A stretch of 64,000 nucleotides of DNA, from positions 1,120,001 to 1,184,000 of the forward strand of contig CBDCOH010000002.1 of NCBI GenBank assembly GCA_965219685.1, given 5' to 3'. The stretch comes from Candidatus Spongiisociaceae bacterium (lineage in GTDB: Bacteria > Actinomycetota > Acidimicrobiia > Spongiisociales > Spongiisociaceae). The notes under the pieces are model-generated. The model saw nothing but the letters and a program-made list of their open reading frames with translations. It was not told the origin of the DNA and did not search any database. Positions 8,423 to 17,891 of this stretch are shown one piece after another (positions within the stretch are counted from its first letter, which is position 1; every line of letters starts with the position of its first letter). Both the position numbers and the translations under genes were made by a program.

Positions 8423-8510
8423 ATCGACGGAGCCAAGGCTACAGTTACGACGCTATCGGAGCCTCCCCACTTTGCGAGGACTTGCTCGGCTCCCTCCCGG
8501 TTCTGGGCGA

Positions 8511-9542
8511 TCACCGAACCCGGCGGATCCGGGTGCCCGACCGTTTCTTGACCGCGAGGGCCGAGAGTGCCTCCATCACCACACGGTTGGCGGCCATCGA
8601 CGTCAGATCTGCATGGTCGAACGGAGGGGACACCTCGACGACATCCATACCCGCGAGGTCGACGGCGGACACTATCCGCCGGACTCCACGCAGCAGTTCC
8701 CTGCTGCTCATCCCGCCCGGCTCGGCCGTCCCGGTCCCCGGGGCGTGCGCGGGATCGAGAACGTCGATGTCGACGCTGAGATAGATAGCGTCGGCGCCGT
8801 CGAGCGCTTCGTCGATCGCCACGTCCACGACCGCCTCGGCGCCGTGCTCCTCGATCTCGGTGATGAAGTGCGACCGGATTCCCTTCTCCTTCATCCAGGC
8901 GAGGGTCTTCGCGCCGGGCCAGTAACCCCGGAGGCCGACCTGCACGAAGTTCGGTCCCGCTATCGCACCTGACTCCAGCAGCTTCCGCATCGGCGATCCG
9001 TGGCCCGCGATCGGTCCGGTTACCTCACCCGTGTCGGCGTGGGCGTCGAAGTGGACCATCCCGATCCTGGCCGGGTCGTTGACCTCGGCGATGGCGGTGG
9101 CCGACGGCCAGGTGATGCCGTGGTCGCCTCCGAGAACGATCGGGACGGCGCCGGTGCCCGCCAGGTCGCGGACCTTCCGGTAGATCATCGCGTAGCCCCG
9201 TTCCAGCCATACGGGTTCGATGTTGGCGTCGCCGGCGTCCACTACGTCGAGAACCTCGAAGACGTCGACCCCCAACTGGAGGGAGTGGAAGCCGCCGTAA
9301 TTGTTGTTGGCCGTCCGTATCGCCCTCGGCCCGAACCTGGCGCCCGGCCGGTACGTGGTGCCGTCATCGAGCGGCGCCCCGACGATGATCGCATCCGGGG
9401 CCCGGGCGGCGACCTCCCCGATGTCCGAGACGAGGGGCAGCTTGGCGAATGTGGTCGCGCCCATGTATGCGGGGAGATCGAAGTCCGGTCGCTCTACGAA
9501 CTCGCGGCTATCCCATCCGTGCATACCGGCGTAATCGGTCAT
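8511..9542 (-). CDS. speB: Agmatinase-family ureohydrolase
   Basis: RPGARFGPRAIR, LGGDHGIT, HFDAHAD, GHG, SVDIDVLDPAHAPGTGTAEPGG Mn-binding motifs; exact substrate not determinable. Confidence 0.85.
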   Translation of the reverse strand: MTDYAGMHGWDSREFVERPDFDLPAYMGATTFAKLPLVSDIGEVAARAPDAIIVGAPLDDGTTYRPGARFGPRAIRTANNNYGGFHSLQLGVDVFEVLDVVDAGDANIEPVWLERGYAMIYRKVRDLAGTGAVPIVLGGDHGITWPSATAIAEVNDPARIGMVHFDAHADTGEVTGPIAGHGSPMRKLLESGAIAGPNFVQVGLRGYWPGAKTLAWMKEKGIRSHFITEIEEHGAEAVVDVAIDEALDGADAIYLSVDIDVLDPAHAPGTGTAEPGGMSSRELLRGVRRIVSAVDLAGMDVVEVSPPFDHADLTSMAANRVVMEALSALAVKKRSGTRIRRVR

Positions 9543-9579
9543 CGCATGCCCACGGGAGACCGGCCCGCCCTAGTCACAA

Positions 9580-10527
9580 CTATCTCGAGATCTCGTTGAG
9601 CGCGGCCATCTCGTCATCGCTGAGTGTCATTCCGCAGGAGTCGATCAGCGCCTCGAGTTGCTCGGGGTTGCGGGCGCTCGCCATCGCCGCCCCCACCCCC
9701 GGCCGGTTGGCCACCCATGCCAGGGCCACCGACGCCAGCGCCACGCCGTGAGCCGCCGCAACCTCCTCCATCGCGGCGAGGATACGCCTCCCCTTGTCGT
9801 TGAGGAAGGCGGAGGCGGCGCCCGCCCGGGGGCTGTCGACCGGATCCCCTGACGAGTACTTGCCGGTGAGGAAACCGAGTCCCAGCGCGTAGTAGGGCAG
9901 GAAGGACCATCCCTCGCGGCGGGAGACGGGGAGGGTGGTCCCTTCAACCTCTCTATCCACGAGGCTGTACTTTTGCTGCAGCGCGATCGGCGGATGGAAC
10001 CCGCCAGACCGGGTGACCCGCGCCCACTCCTCCAAGCGTTCCGCCGAGTAGTTGGAGACGCCCAGGTACCGGACCTTGCCCTCGTCCACCAGCCCCGACA
10101 GGGTTCCGATGCTGTCCTCGAGCGGCGTGTCGGGATCGTCGAAGTGGGCGTAGTAGAGGTCGATCACGTCTACGCCCAGACGCCCGAGCGAGGCTTCGAC
10201 CGCGGCTCTGATGGTGGCCGGCGCCAGCCCCTTGAACTCGGGATGGTGGCTCACCTTGGTGGCGATCACCATGTCGTCGCGGTTGCCCCGCCTCTTCATC
10301 CAGCGGCCGATGATGGTCTCGCACTCCCCTCCCTCGTTTCCGGGTGCCCAGAACGGGTACGAGTCGGCGGTGTCCAAGAAGTTGCCGCCGGCCTCGAAGT
10401 AGGCGTCGAGGACCGCCCAGGAGGTGGGCTCGTCGGCCGTCCAACTGAACGGATTCGTCCCCAGAGCCAGCGGATATACGTCCAGATCGGAGCCGTCGAG
10501 CCTTCGTCGCGGTGGTGTCGTCGCCAT
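9580..10527 (-). CDS. Aldo/keto reductase
   Basis: LALGTN, NFLDTADSY, IATKV, IDLYYAH, GKVRYLGVSNY. Confidence 0.93.
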   Translation of the reverse strand: MATTPPRRRLDGSDLDVYPLALGTNPFSWTADEPTSWAVLDAYFEAGGNFLDTADSYPFWAPGNEGGECETIIGRWMKRRGNRDDMVIATKVSHHPEFKGLAPATIRAAVEASLGRLGVDVIDLYYAHFDDPDTPLEDSIGTLSGLVDEGKVRYLGVSNYSAERLEEWARVTRSGGFHPPIALQQKYSLVDREVEGTTLPVSRREGWSFLPYYALGLGFLTGKYSSGDPVDSPRAGAASAFLNDKGRRILAAMEEVAAAHGVALASVALAWVANRPGVGAAMASARNPEQLEALIDSCGMTLSDDEMAALNEISR

Positions 10528-10694
10528 GGCATCCTCCTGTAGTGATCATGGGCATTCAAGCAATGCCCTGCCCGACGTGGCAACAGTTGGGGGTGCGATG
10601 CCGGATCGGAACTCCCGGCTTCGATGGCAGCCATGCTCGACAGCTTGTGCGCCGGCCGTCGATCCGCGTCACAGGCGCATGTCATAATCGGCAG

Positions 10695-12422
10695 GTGGTG
10701 ACTCAGACTGTTGGAAGGGTGCTCGGCACCGAGGATTCGACACCGCTCGAGTTCTGGGTTGCGGTCGCGAGCGGCCACCATCTACAACTCGACGACATCG
10801 TCGCGCTCGACCGGATCTTGCCGACCGGGGAGACCGTCTCGATCTACGGAATCGTCGGACAGGTTCGGGCTCGCTTCGAAGGGGCGCGGTTCGACTCCGA
10901 TGTCTTCCTAATCGTTGATGGCGTCCTACCGGCAGAGGTCTCAGAGGCAGCACAGGTTCAGGTCACGCGGGTGGTCCCGGAGACCTTCGTGCCGCCGCTG
11001 CCGGGCTCCGAGGTGCGTAAGGCGGTGGGCGCGGAGCGCGACGAGGCGCTCGATATGGCCGAGGTCGAGCGCAGGTTGCCCGCCGGCCTCACACGGGACG
11101 GCCAACCGGTGATGCTCGATCTCGAGTTCATCGACGGCACCAAGGGGGCCCATGTCAACATCTCGGGTATCTCCGGTGTCGCCACCAAGACCAGTTATGC
11201 GACCTTCCTGCTCTACTCGCTGTTCAATTCGGGTGCACTCGGCGCGGCCGCGGCCAACACCAAGGGGCTCGTATTCAACGTCAAAGGAGAGGACCTGCTC
11301 TTCCTCGACTATGCCAATACCCGCTTGGACGAAACGGAGGCGGCCCGCTACCGCACGCTCGGACTCGAAGCGGGGCCGTTCCGGTCACTTCGGGTCCTTG
11401 CTCCACCCCGCAAAGGTGATCCCAGCGGAACACCGGCCACCGGTGCGCGTACCACCGGCGTCCGCCCCTTGTACTGGACGGTCGCACAGTTCTGCAAACA
11501 AGGGCTGTTGCCGTTCCTCTTCGCCGATGCCGAGGACGAACGCCAGCAGTACACGATCGTCGTGCAGTCGGTCACGGCGCAATTGCAGCGTTGCGCCAGG
11601 CAGTTCAAGACCTCTGACGGCGCCGTGCGGATCGACGGGAGGACGGCGCGTACATTCTCCCAACTCGTCAGGATCATCTGCGACAAACTGCTCCCGGAAG
11701 ATCCGGACGAGGACGCCGACCCGCAGTGGACCGGCCGAGCCATATACACAGGGACGATCAACGCGTTCGTCCGCCGCCTCTCGTCAGCGGAGCGGCACGT
11801 CGAGCATCTGATACGGGCTGACATCGACGACGCCGAAACATACGCTATCGATCTCGACTCCCAGCAGGTGACGGTGGTCGACCTGCACATGCTCCATGAC
11901 CGCGCGAAGCGCTTCGTGGTGGGCGTCGTGCTCAGGCAGGCATTCGAGGCGAAGGAAGCCGCGGGCACTGCCGAGCCGCTGCAGTTCGTGGTCCTGGACG
12001 AGTTGAACAAGTACGCGCCCCGTGATTCGTCGAGCCCGATCAAGGAAATCCTGCTCGACGTGGCGGAGCGGGGTCGCAGTCTCGGGATGATTCTCATCGG
12101 CGCCCAGCAGACGGCCAGCGAGGTAGAACGGCGGGTCGTCTCGAACTCCGCAGTGCGGGTGGTCGGCCGGCTTGACGCTGCGGAGGCCGGGCGCGAGCAG
12201 TACGGGTTCCTACCGGCGGTCCAGCGGCAGCGGGCCACGATACTCAAGCCCGGCTCGATGTTCGTTTCCCAACCGCGGCTGCCGGTGCCGGTACTGCTCG
12301 AGTTCCCGTTCCCGGCGTGGGCCACCCGGGTGGCCGAGGCCGACCTGAGCCGTGGAGCCGGCGATGGGCCGACAGGCGGACCGGCGGACCAGCCCGCCGA
12401 CCCGTTCGACGGGCTGGTCTGA
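10695..12422 (+). CDS. herA: HerA-like ATPase/helicase (N-terminal HAS barrel, DUF87-type)
   Basis: HAS-barrel-like N-terminus, variant Walker A HVNISGISGVATKTSY, FNVKGEDL, Walker B VVLDELNKYAP, AERGRSLG.ILIGAQQ; CATAAT six nt before GTG 10695. Confidence 0.88.
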   Translation: MVTQTVGRVLGTEDSTPLEFWVAVASGHHLQLDDIVALDRILPTGETVSIYGIVGQVRARFEGARFDSDVFLIVDGVLPAEVSEAAQVQVTRVVPETFVPPLPGSEVRKAVGAERDEALDMAEVERRLPAGLTRDGQPVMLDLEFIDGTKGAHVNISGISGVATKTSYATFLLYSLFNSGALGAAAANTKGLVFNVKGEDLLFLDYANTRLDETEAARYRTLGLEAGPFRSLRVLAPPRKGDPSGTPATGARTTGVRPLYWTVAQFCKQGLLPFLFADAEDERQQYTIVVQSVTAQLQRCARQFKTSDGAVRIDGRTARTFSQLVRIICDKLLPEDPDEDADPQWTGRAIYTGTINAFVRRLSSAERHVEHLIRADIDDAETYAIDLDSQQVTVVDLHMLHDRAKRFVVGVVLRQAFEAKEAAGTAEPLQFVVLDELNKYAPRDSSSPIKEILLDVAERGRSLGMILIGAQQTASEVERRVVSNSAVRVVGRLDAAEAGREQYGFLPAVQRQRATILKPGSMFVSQPRLPVPVLLEFPFPAWATRVAEADLSRGAGDGPTGGPADQPADPFDGLV

Positions 12423-12430
12423 GACCGGCA

Positions 12431-13588
12431 TTGAAGCTCCTCCACACTTCTGACTGGCACGTGGGGAAGACGATCCGGGGTGCGTCCCGGGCGGATGAAC
12501 ACACCGCAGTCCTGGCCGAGATCGCGCAAATCGCAGCCCGTGAGGAGGTCGATCTGGTCATTGTGGCCGGTGATCTGTTCGACTCGGCCGCCCCGTCCGC
12601 CGAGGCGGAGAGGATCGTATACCGGGCCCTTCTCGACCTGGCGGACACCGGGGCTCAGGTGGCCGTGATCGCCGGAAACCACGACAACCCGCGCCGGCTC
12701 CGCGCGGTCGCTCCGCTTCTACGGCTCGGGCAGATACACGTGGTTGCCGAGCCGGCCCGGCCCGATGACGGGGGCGTGATCGGGTTACGTACCCGCGACA
12801 GTACGGACGTAAGGGTGTCGATGCTTCCGTTCGTATCCAAGCGCGGCATCGTGCGAGCCAGACATCTCATGGCCGACCAGGCCTTCGAGAACGCCCAGAA
12901 CTACAGCCAACGGCTGCGCCTCTTGATCCAGCAACTGTGCGAACCGTTCCATGGCGACACGGTGAACATATTCACAACCCATGCCTTCGTGCTAGGCGGC
13001 CAAACCGGTGGCGGTGAGCGGCCGGCTCACCTGGTCGAGGAATACGCGGTCACGGCACAGTCCTTCCCCGTGTCCATCGGCTACGGGGCGTTGGGCCACC
13101 TCCACCGCCCCCAACGTGTCCTGGCACGACTCCACTACTGCGGTTCGCCGCTCCAGCTGGACTTCGGTGAGGCCGAACAGGCCAAGCAGGTGAACATCGT
13201 CAAGCTGGAACCGCGGGTACCCGCGGATGTCAGTGCGGTGCAGCTAACGGCCGGACGCCCCCTGCGGACGCTGACCGGCACCATCGAGGAACTGAGCTCC
13301 GTGAGCGTCGAAGACGACGCCTGGCTGAAAGTGGTCGTACAAGGCCCTGGCCGGGCCGGGCTTGCGCAGACCGTGCGGGAACTACTCGGACCTGGCGTGG
13401 TCGACGTCCGGGTCGAGTCGCCGGGATCGGCTGCCAGAAGGCGGAGACTCGATCATCGCAGCCGGTCGCCGCACGAGGTCTTCGGCGAGTACCTCAAACA
13501 CGAGAGCATCGAGGACACCCGCGTCCTCGACCTGTTCGGCGAACTCCTTGATGAGCAGAGCGACGTTTCAGCCGGGGTCGGTCCATGA
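12431..13588 (+). CDS. sbcD: SbcD/Mre11 nuclease
   Basis: LLHTSDWHVG, AGDLFD, IAGNHD, HAFV, LGHLH, YCGSPLQLDFGE; TTG start at 12431. Confidence 0.93.
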   Translation: MKLLHTSDWHVGKTIRGASRADEHTAVLAEIAQIAAREEVDLVIVAGDLFDSAAPSAEAERIVYRALLDLADTGAQVAVIAGNHDNPRRLRAVAPLLRLGQIHVVAEPARPDDGGVIGLRTRDSTDVRVSMLPFVSKRGIVRARHLMADQAFENAQNYSQRLRLLIQQLCEPFHGDTVNIFTTHAFVLGGQTGGGERPAHLVEEYAVTAQSFPVSIGYGALGHLHRPQRVLARLHYCGSPLQLDFGEAEQAKQVNIVKLEPRVPADVSAVQLTAGRPLRTLTGTIEELSSVSVEDDAWLKVVVQGPGRAGLAQTVRELLGPGVVDVRVESPGSAARRRRLDHRSRSPHEVFGEYLKHESIEDTRVLDLFGELLDEQSDVSAGVGP

Positions 13589-16449
13589 GACCGTTGCGGG
13601 TCTCGATGAAGGGCTTCGGGGCGTTCCGCAAGCTGACAGACATCGATCTTGCCGACGACGACCTCGTGGCCCTCGTAGGGCCGACCGGATCGGGCAAGTC
13701 GACGATCATCGACGCCATCACCTTCGCACTCTACGGTGCGGTCGCTCGCTACGAGGACAACCGGCTGGTAGCTCCCGTGATCAACCAGACCAGCAACGAG
13801 GCTCGGGTAGCCCTCGACTTCGAGCTCGGTGGGCAGGTCTTCACTGCTGCCCGCGTCGTGCGCCGGACCAAGGGCGGCGGAGCGACCACAAGAGAAGCCC
13901 GCTTCGAGCGGGGCGACGAGATCCTCGCCGGTGACGCCCGGTCCATGTCACAAGAAGTCGAGGGACTTCTCGGGCTGGACGTGGCGCAGTTCAACCGGAC
14001 GGTCGTGCTCCCGCAGGGCAAGTTCGCCACCTTCCTCCATGACAAGCCAGGCGACCGTCAATCCACCCTCGTCCGGCTACTCGGGATGGATCTGTACCGG
14101 CGGATAGGCCGGTCCGCCCGGCAGCGTGCAGCGCGGGCCAGGAACCAGATCGACGCCTTGCAGCCGGACCTCGAGAGGGAGGCCGGACAGCTGACCGGCG
14201 AGAGACGGGCCGCACTCGTGAACCGCATCGAGTCGCTCGATGCAGTACTTTCCCGGTTCAGGGCCGACCGCGGGATGATCGCCACCCTCGACGTCGAACT
14301 CCGCACGCTCGATGGCGACATCGAACGGCTCGACGATCAACTCGACCGGATGGACGGGGTCACGGCGCCGCCCGGCCTCGCCGAATTGGCCGGCCGGATC
14401 ACCGCGGCGACCACGGCCCGGATCGAGGCGGCGGATCACCGCAGGGAAACAAGCGCGAAGAGACGACTTGCCAAGGAGGCCCTTGAGAACGGTCCTGATA
14501 TCGCCGCCGTTCGCCTCGGATTGAAAGCACACGCCGAACTTGCCCAGCGAAGACAGGAACACGATGCCGTGGTCAGCCGGCTCGACACGGCGGCAAAAGC
14601 GTACGAGTCGGCCAAGCTCGCCGCCGACCGGGTCCGGGAGGGGCAAGACCAACTGGACCGGCGCGTTGGAGAAGCCCGTAGAGCCGAGACAGGCGCACGC
14701 GCCACCCGTGATGCCGGCGTAACAGTTGCCCAGGTCGCCACCTGGTCAGCGGCACACGCCCGCTATGAGGCCGCCTCCGAGGAGGCCGGTGCCACCGCGG
14801 CGGCCGCTCGGTCGGCCGAGACCGCGATCCGTCCGCTGCAGGAGGCACTCCAGGCCGCCGACTCCGGGGCGGCGGAGCGTTCGGTACGGGTTACGGAGCT
14901 CCGGCGCCGTGCGGGCGTGCTCGGTCACGCCGACCTGCTCGAGGTGGGTTCGGACTGCCCCTTGTGTTTGCAAGAGGTCCACGAACTCCCCGTTCATGAC
15001 CTCGACGCCGGCCTCCGGCAAGCCGTGGCGGACCACGAGACCGGACTCGCCGTCCTCGCTGACGCCAGGCAGGCATTCGACGACGCCGAAAAAACCCGGA
15101 TAACGCGGAGCGCCGAGCACGAGTCCGCGCTGAAGACCTTGGCCGGATACGAGTCCGACGTCGCTTCGATCCCGCCATCCGACCGGCTCGGAGCGCTGGC
15201 AACGAGGGCCGCGGAGTTGGCCGCGGCGGTTCGTGACGCAGAGAAGGCAACCCGGCAGGCCGAGGCCGTTGCCAACCAGCACCTGGAGTCCAGGTCCAAC
15301 ATCCAGGTGCTCGATGCCGAGCAGATCGCGGACCGGAGCGTCACCCGGCTAACCGAGTCGGTGAACATCCTCCGGGGACAGGTCACGGATCTCCGTGCCA
15401 CTGTCGCCGATCTGCCAGACGAGGACGAGCTGCGTGCTCAACTTGCCGAATGCGGGCGTTTGCATGCGGAAATGGCGCAGGCGGATTCCGGTTTCAACGA
15501 CGCCGAAGCGCGCTACGAAATGGCCACCGCCGAACTGAAGGCAGTGAACGAGCGGCACGCACAAGCCACCAAGCACCTGCAGGCCGGCCGCGACCGTGTC
15601 GCCGCCTTCGGCCCGCCCGCCATCGACCCGACCGACCTGGTGGCGGCCTGGGCCGTCCTGGCCGGCTGGATCCAGGACCAGTTGGAGGCGGCCACGACCA
15701 GCCGCGATGCTGCCATCGAGCAGCGGGCCGCCAAGGCGAACAGCCGATCTGCGACCGTGTCTGCCCTCAGAGACCTGTGCATCGATACCATCGACGGTGC
15801 CGATCCAGACGCGTCCGTGACGGAACTCGGCGAGCTACTCACCACACAGCGAGCAGCCTCCGCCGCAGGCCTCGAGCACTTCGACAAGCGCCGCACCGCA
15901 CTCAAGATCCTGCGGGAACGCGTCAGCGCCCTGACCGAACACGCCCAGGTGGCCGACCATCTCGGGCGGCTGCTACGCACCGACGGATTCGAGAGTTGGC
16001 TCATGGAAGCGGCGCTCGACCAGTTGGCCGAACGAGCAACCACGCGCCTTTTCGAACTATCCGAAGGCCAGTACTCGCTGGCGGTTGACAACCGTGACTT
16101 CGTCGTCCGTGATCACACCAACGCCGATGAGCTACGCAGCGCGCGGACACTGTCGGGGGGCGAGACGTTCCTGGCGTCTCTCTCGCTCGCTCTGGCCGTT
16201 GCCGACGCCACCGCGGAGATGGCTTCCGAGGATGCACCGAGAATGGAATCGGTCTTCCTCGACGAAGGATTCGGAACCCTTGATCCGTATACCCTCGACA
16301 CCGTGGCAACTGCGGTCGAAGAACTCGGAGCCACCGGGCGTTTCGTTGGGATTGTCACCCATATCCGGGAACTCGCTGATCGCATGCCGGTGCGGCTGGA
16401 AGTGACGAAGACAGGGGGAGCCGCCACCGTTGAACGGGTCGAGATCTGA
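13585..16449 (+). CDS. sbcC: SbcC/Rad50 SMC-like ATPase
   Basis: GPTGSGKS, Q-loop LPQGKF, central zinc hook CPLC, LSGGE signature, FLDEGFGTLD, VTH; long coiled coils. Confidence 0.95.
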   Translation: MRPLRVSMKGFGAFRKLTDIDLADDDLVALVGPTGSGKSTIIDAITFALYGAVARYEDNRLVAPVINQTSNEARVALDFELGGQVFTAARVVRRTKGGGATTREARFERGDEILAGDARSMSQEVEGLLGLDVAQFNRTVVLPQGKFATFLHDKPGDRQSTLVRLLGMDLYRRIGRSARQRAARARNQIDALQPDLEREAGQLTGERRAALVNRIESLDAVLSRFRADRGMIATLDVELRTLDGDIERLDDQLDRMDGVTAPPGLAELAGRITAATTARIEAADHRRETSAKRRLAKEALENGPDIAAVRLGLKAHAELAQRRQEHDAVVSRLDTAAKAYESAKLAADRVREGQDQLDRRVGEARRAETGARATRDAGVTVAQVATWSAAHARYEAASEEAGATAAAARSAETAIRPLQEALQAADSGAAERSVRVTELRRRAGVLGHADLLEVGSDCPLCLQEVHELPVHDLDAGLRQAVADHETGLAVLADARQAFDDAEKTRITRSAEHESALKTLAGYESDVASIPPSDRLGALATRAAELAAAVRDAEKATRQAEAVANQHLESRSNIQVLDAEQIADRSVTRLTESVNILRGQVTDLRATVADLPDEDELRAQLAECGRLHAEMAQADSGFNDAEARYEMATAELKAVNERHAQATKHLQAGRDRVAAFGPPAIDPTDLVAAWAVLAGWIQDQLEAATTSRDAAIEQRAAKANSRSATVSALRDLCIDTIDGADPDASVTELGELLTTQRAASAAGLEHFDKRRTALKILRERVSALTEHAQVADHLGRLLRTDGFESWLMEAALDQLAERATTRLFELSEGQYSLAVDNRDFVVRDHTNADELRSARTLSGGETFLASLSLALAVADATAEMASEDAPRMESVFLDEGFGTLDPYTLDTVATAVEELGATGRFVGIVTHIRELADRMPVRLEVTKTGGAATVERVEI

Positions 16450-17375
16450 TGGACTTCAGCGTCGAGTCATGGGCGCCCGAATACGGCTCGTCCATCAACC
16501 TGCCATCCACCGACGAGACCGAGGAGTTGGCCGATGCCACCGTAGAGCGCGCCCTCGGCGAGTGGGCTCCCATAGATCCGGCACCGTCGAGTCAACCCGG
16601 CGAGATAGCGTTCATCGACGGCATCCAGCGTATAGATGCAAGAATCTGGATTCACAGGAGCGGTATCTCCACACCCGCCGTCTGCGTGTCGCTGGCCGCC
16701 GGAGCAACCGTCTGCACGCACGGGGCCGCTACTACCCGAGGCGTGCAGGTCGCCCGTTCGCTCGTCGCTCCTGCCTCGGCTACTGCGGGCCCGATCATCA
16801 CTCGTCACGCTACCTACGAGTTCGTTCCGGCGCAGGATACGACACCCGAAGCCACCTACCTGGCCATTCACGGGCGGCGTACCGAACTCGAGGTCAGCGT
16901 CGCACGCGCGGTCGCCGCCGACCTCATCGTGTTCGACGGCCCGCTACGAGGGCACACAGACCACCAAGGCGTCGGCTACATCAAGACCCATCACAAGATC
17001 TACCTTCCACATGACGTACAGGCAATACTCGGTAGCCTCGGTGACGGACAGCGAACACCCCTCTTCTTCCTTGGCGGAGGCCCGGGCGGCGGCCGGTGGT
17101 CCTGGTACCTGCGACTACAAGGACCACGGGTTCACCCAATGTCAGGGATTGTCCGGCTCGAACTGCCCGGGACAGGTACAACAGCTGAGGCCATCGCGAG
17201 GGCCGAGTTTGTCAGCGCTTGCCTGCCGCGCTTCGCCAGCGAAACTCACAAGGAGGCGCGGGCACCGCAGAACCTGTATCCGATAAGCGGTGTCGAGAGG
17301 GAACTTCGTCGACGGCTCGGCGATGCTCCGTTGCTGGAGCGCGCGCTGCGCTTGGCCGCAGGCCGCCCGGTCTGA
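16449..17375 (+). CDS. nurA: NurA-like 5'-3' nuclease
   Basis: AFIDGIQR, DLIVFDGPL, GYIKT, GIVRLEL, PQNLYPI..VERELRRRLG; coupled to sbcC (TGATG); herA in the same operon. Confidence 0.72.
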   Translation: MDFSVESWAPEYGSSINLPSTDETEELADATVERALGEWAPIDPAPSSQPGEIAFIDGIQRIDARIWIHRSGISTPAVCVSLAAGATVCTHGAATTRGVQVARSLVAPASATAGPIITRHATYEFVPAQDTTPEATYLAIHGRRTELEVSVARAVAADLIVFDGPLRGHTDHQGVGYIKTHHKIYLPHDVQAILGSLGDGQRTPLFFLGGGPGGGRWSWYLRLQGPRVHPMSGIVRLELPGTGTTAEAIARAEFVSACLPRFASETHKEARAPQNLYPISGVERELRRRLGDAPLLERALRLAAGRPV

Positions 17376-17544
17376 GTTGCGATCCAGGGATCGGCGAGGG
17401 AGCCCGCGAAGCTTTCGGCAGAGTGGGCGGCGGGCTGTGTCAGAGGGCGTGCGGTTCAGATGGATCGACGGTGTTCCCGCCGAACATGCCGCCGGACGGG
17501 TGCTACGCGGCTTTGCGCGTTTCGACTCGCCGTTGCCCTCCGCG

Positions 17545-17733
17545 TCACTTGAGAAGGGCGATCATCAGACCGGCGACGCCGATACCGGTTCCGACTACGA
17601 ACCCGACGATCCGCCATGCTATCTGGTTGGTGCGCTTCTCGAACGAGTGCAGCGCCCCGGCGATATCGGTACGGACCTCGGCCTGCCGTGCCTCGTCTTT
17701 GGCGTCCACGAGCGACTCGGTGATGGTGGCCAT
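17545..17733 (-). CDS. Small coiled-coil plus C-terminal TM protein (DUF1640-like)
   Basis: MATITESL...EVRTDIA...WRIVGFVVGTGIGVAGLMIALLK; GAAAGG RBS and TACACT -10 upstream of ATG 17733. Confidence 0.55.
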   Translation of the reverse strand: MATITESLVDAKDEARQAEVRTDIAGALHSFEKRTNQIAWRIVGFVVGTGIGVAGLMIALLK

Positions 17734-17891
17734 CTGTTCGGCCTTTCGTTCTCCGTGATTAGATGCACGCTCAGTGTACCGGAACCTACCGTATAGTTGG
17801 TAACGATCGGATGGATTTGTCTGAAGTGCACCGGACTCTCCCACCACCCTGAACGAGGAGGCTCAAGGAGTTGGGCTCCGAGGTGTGGGAG

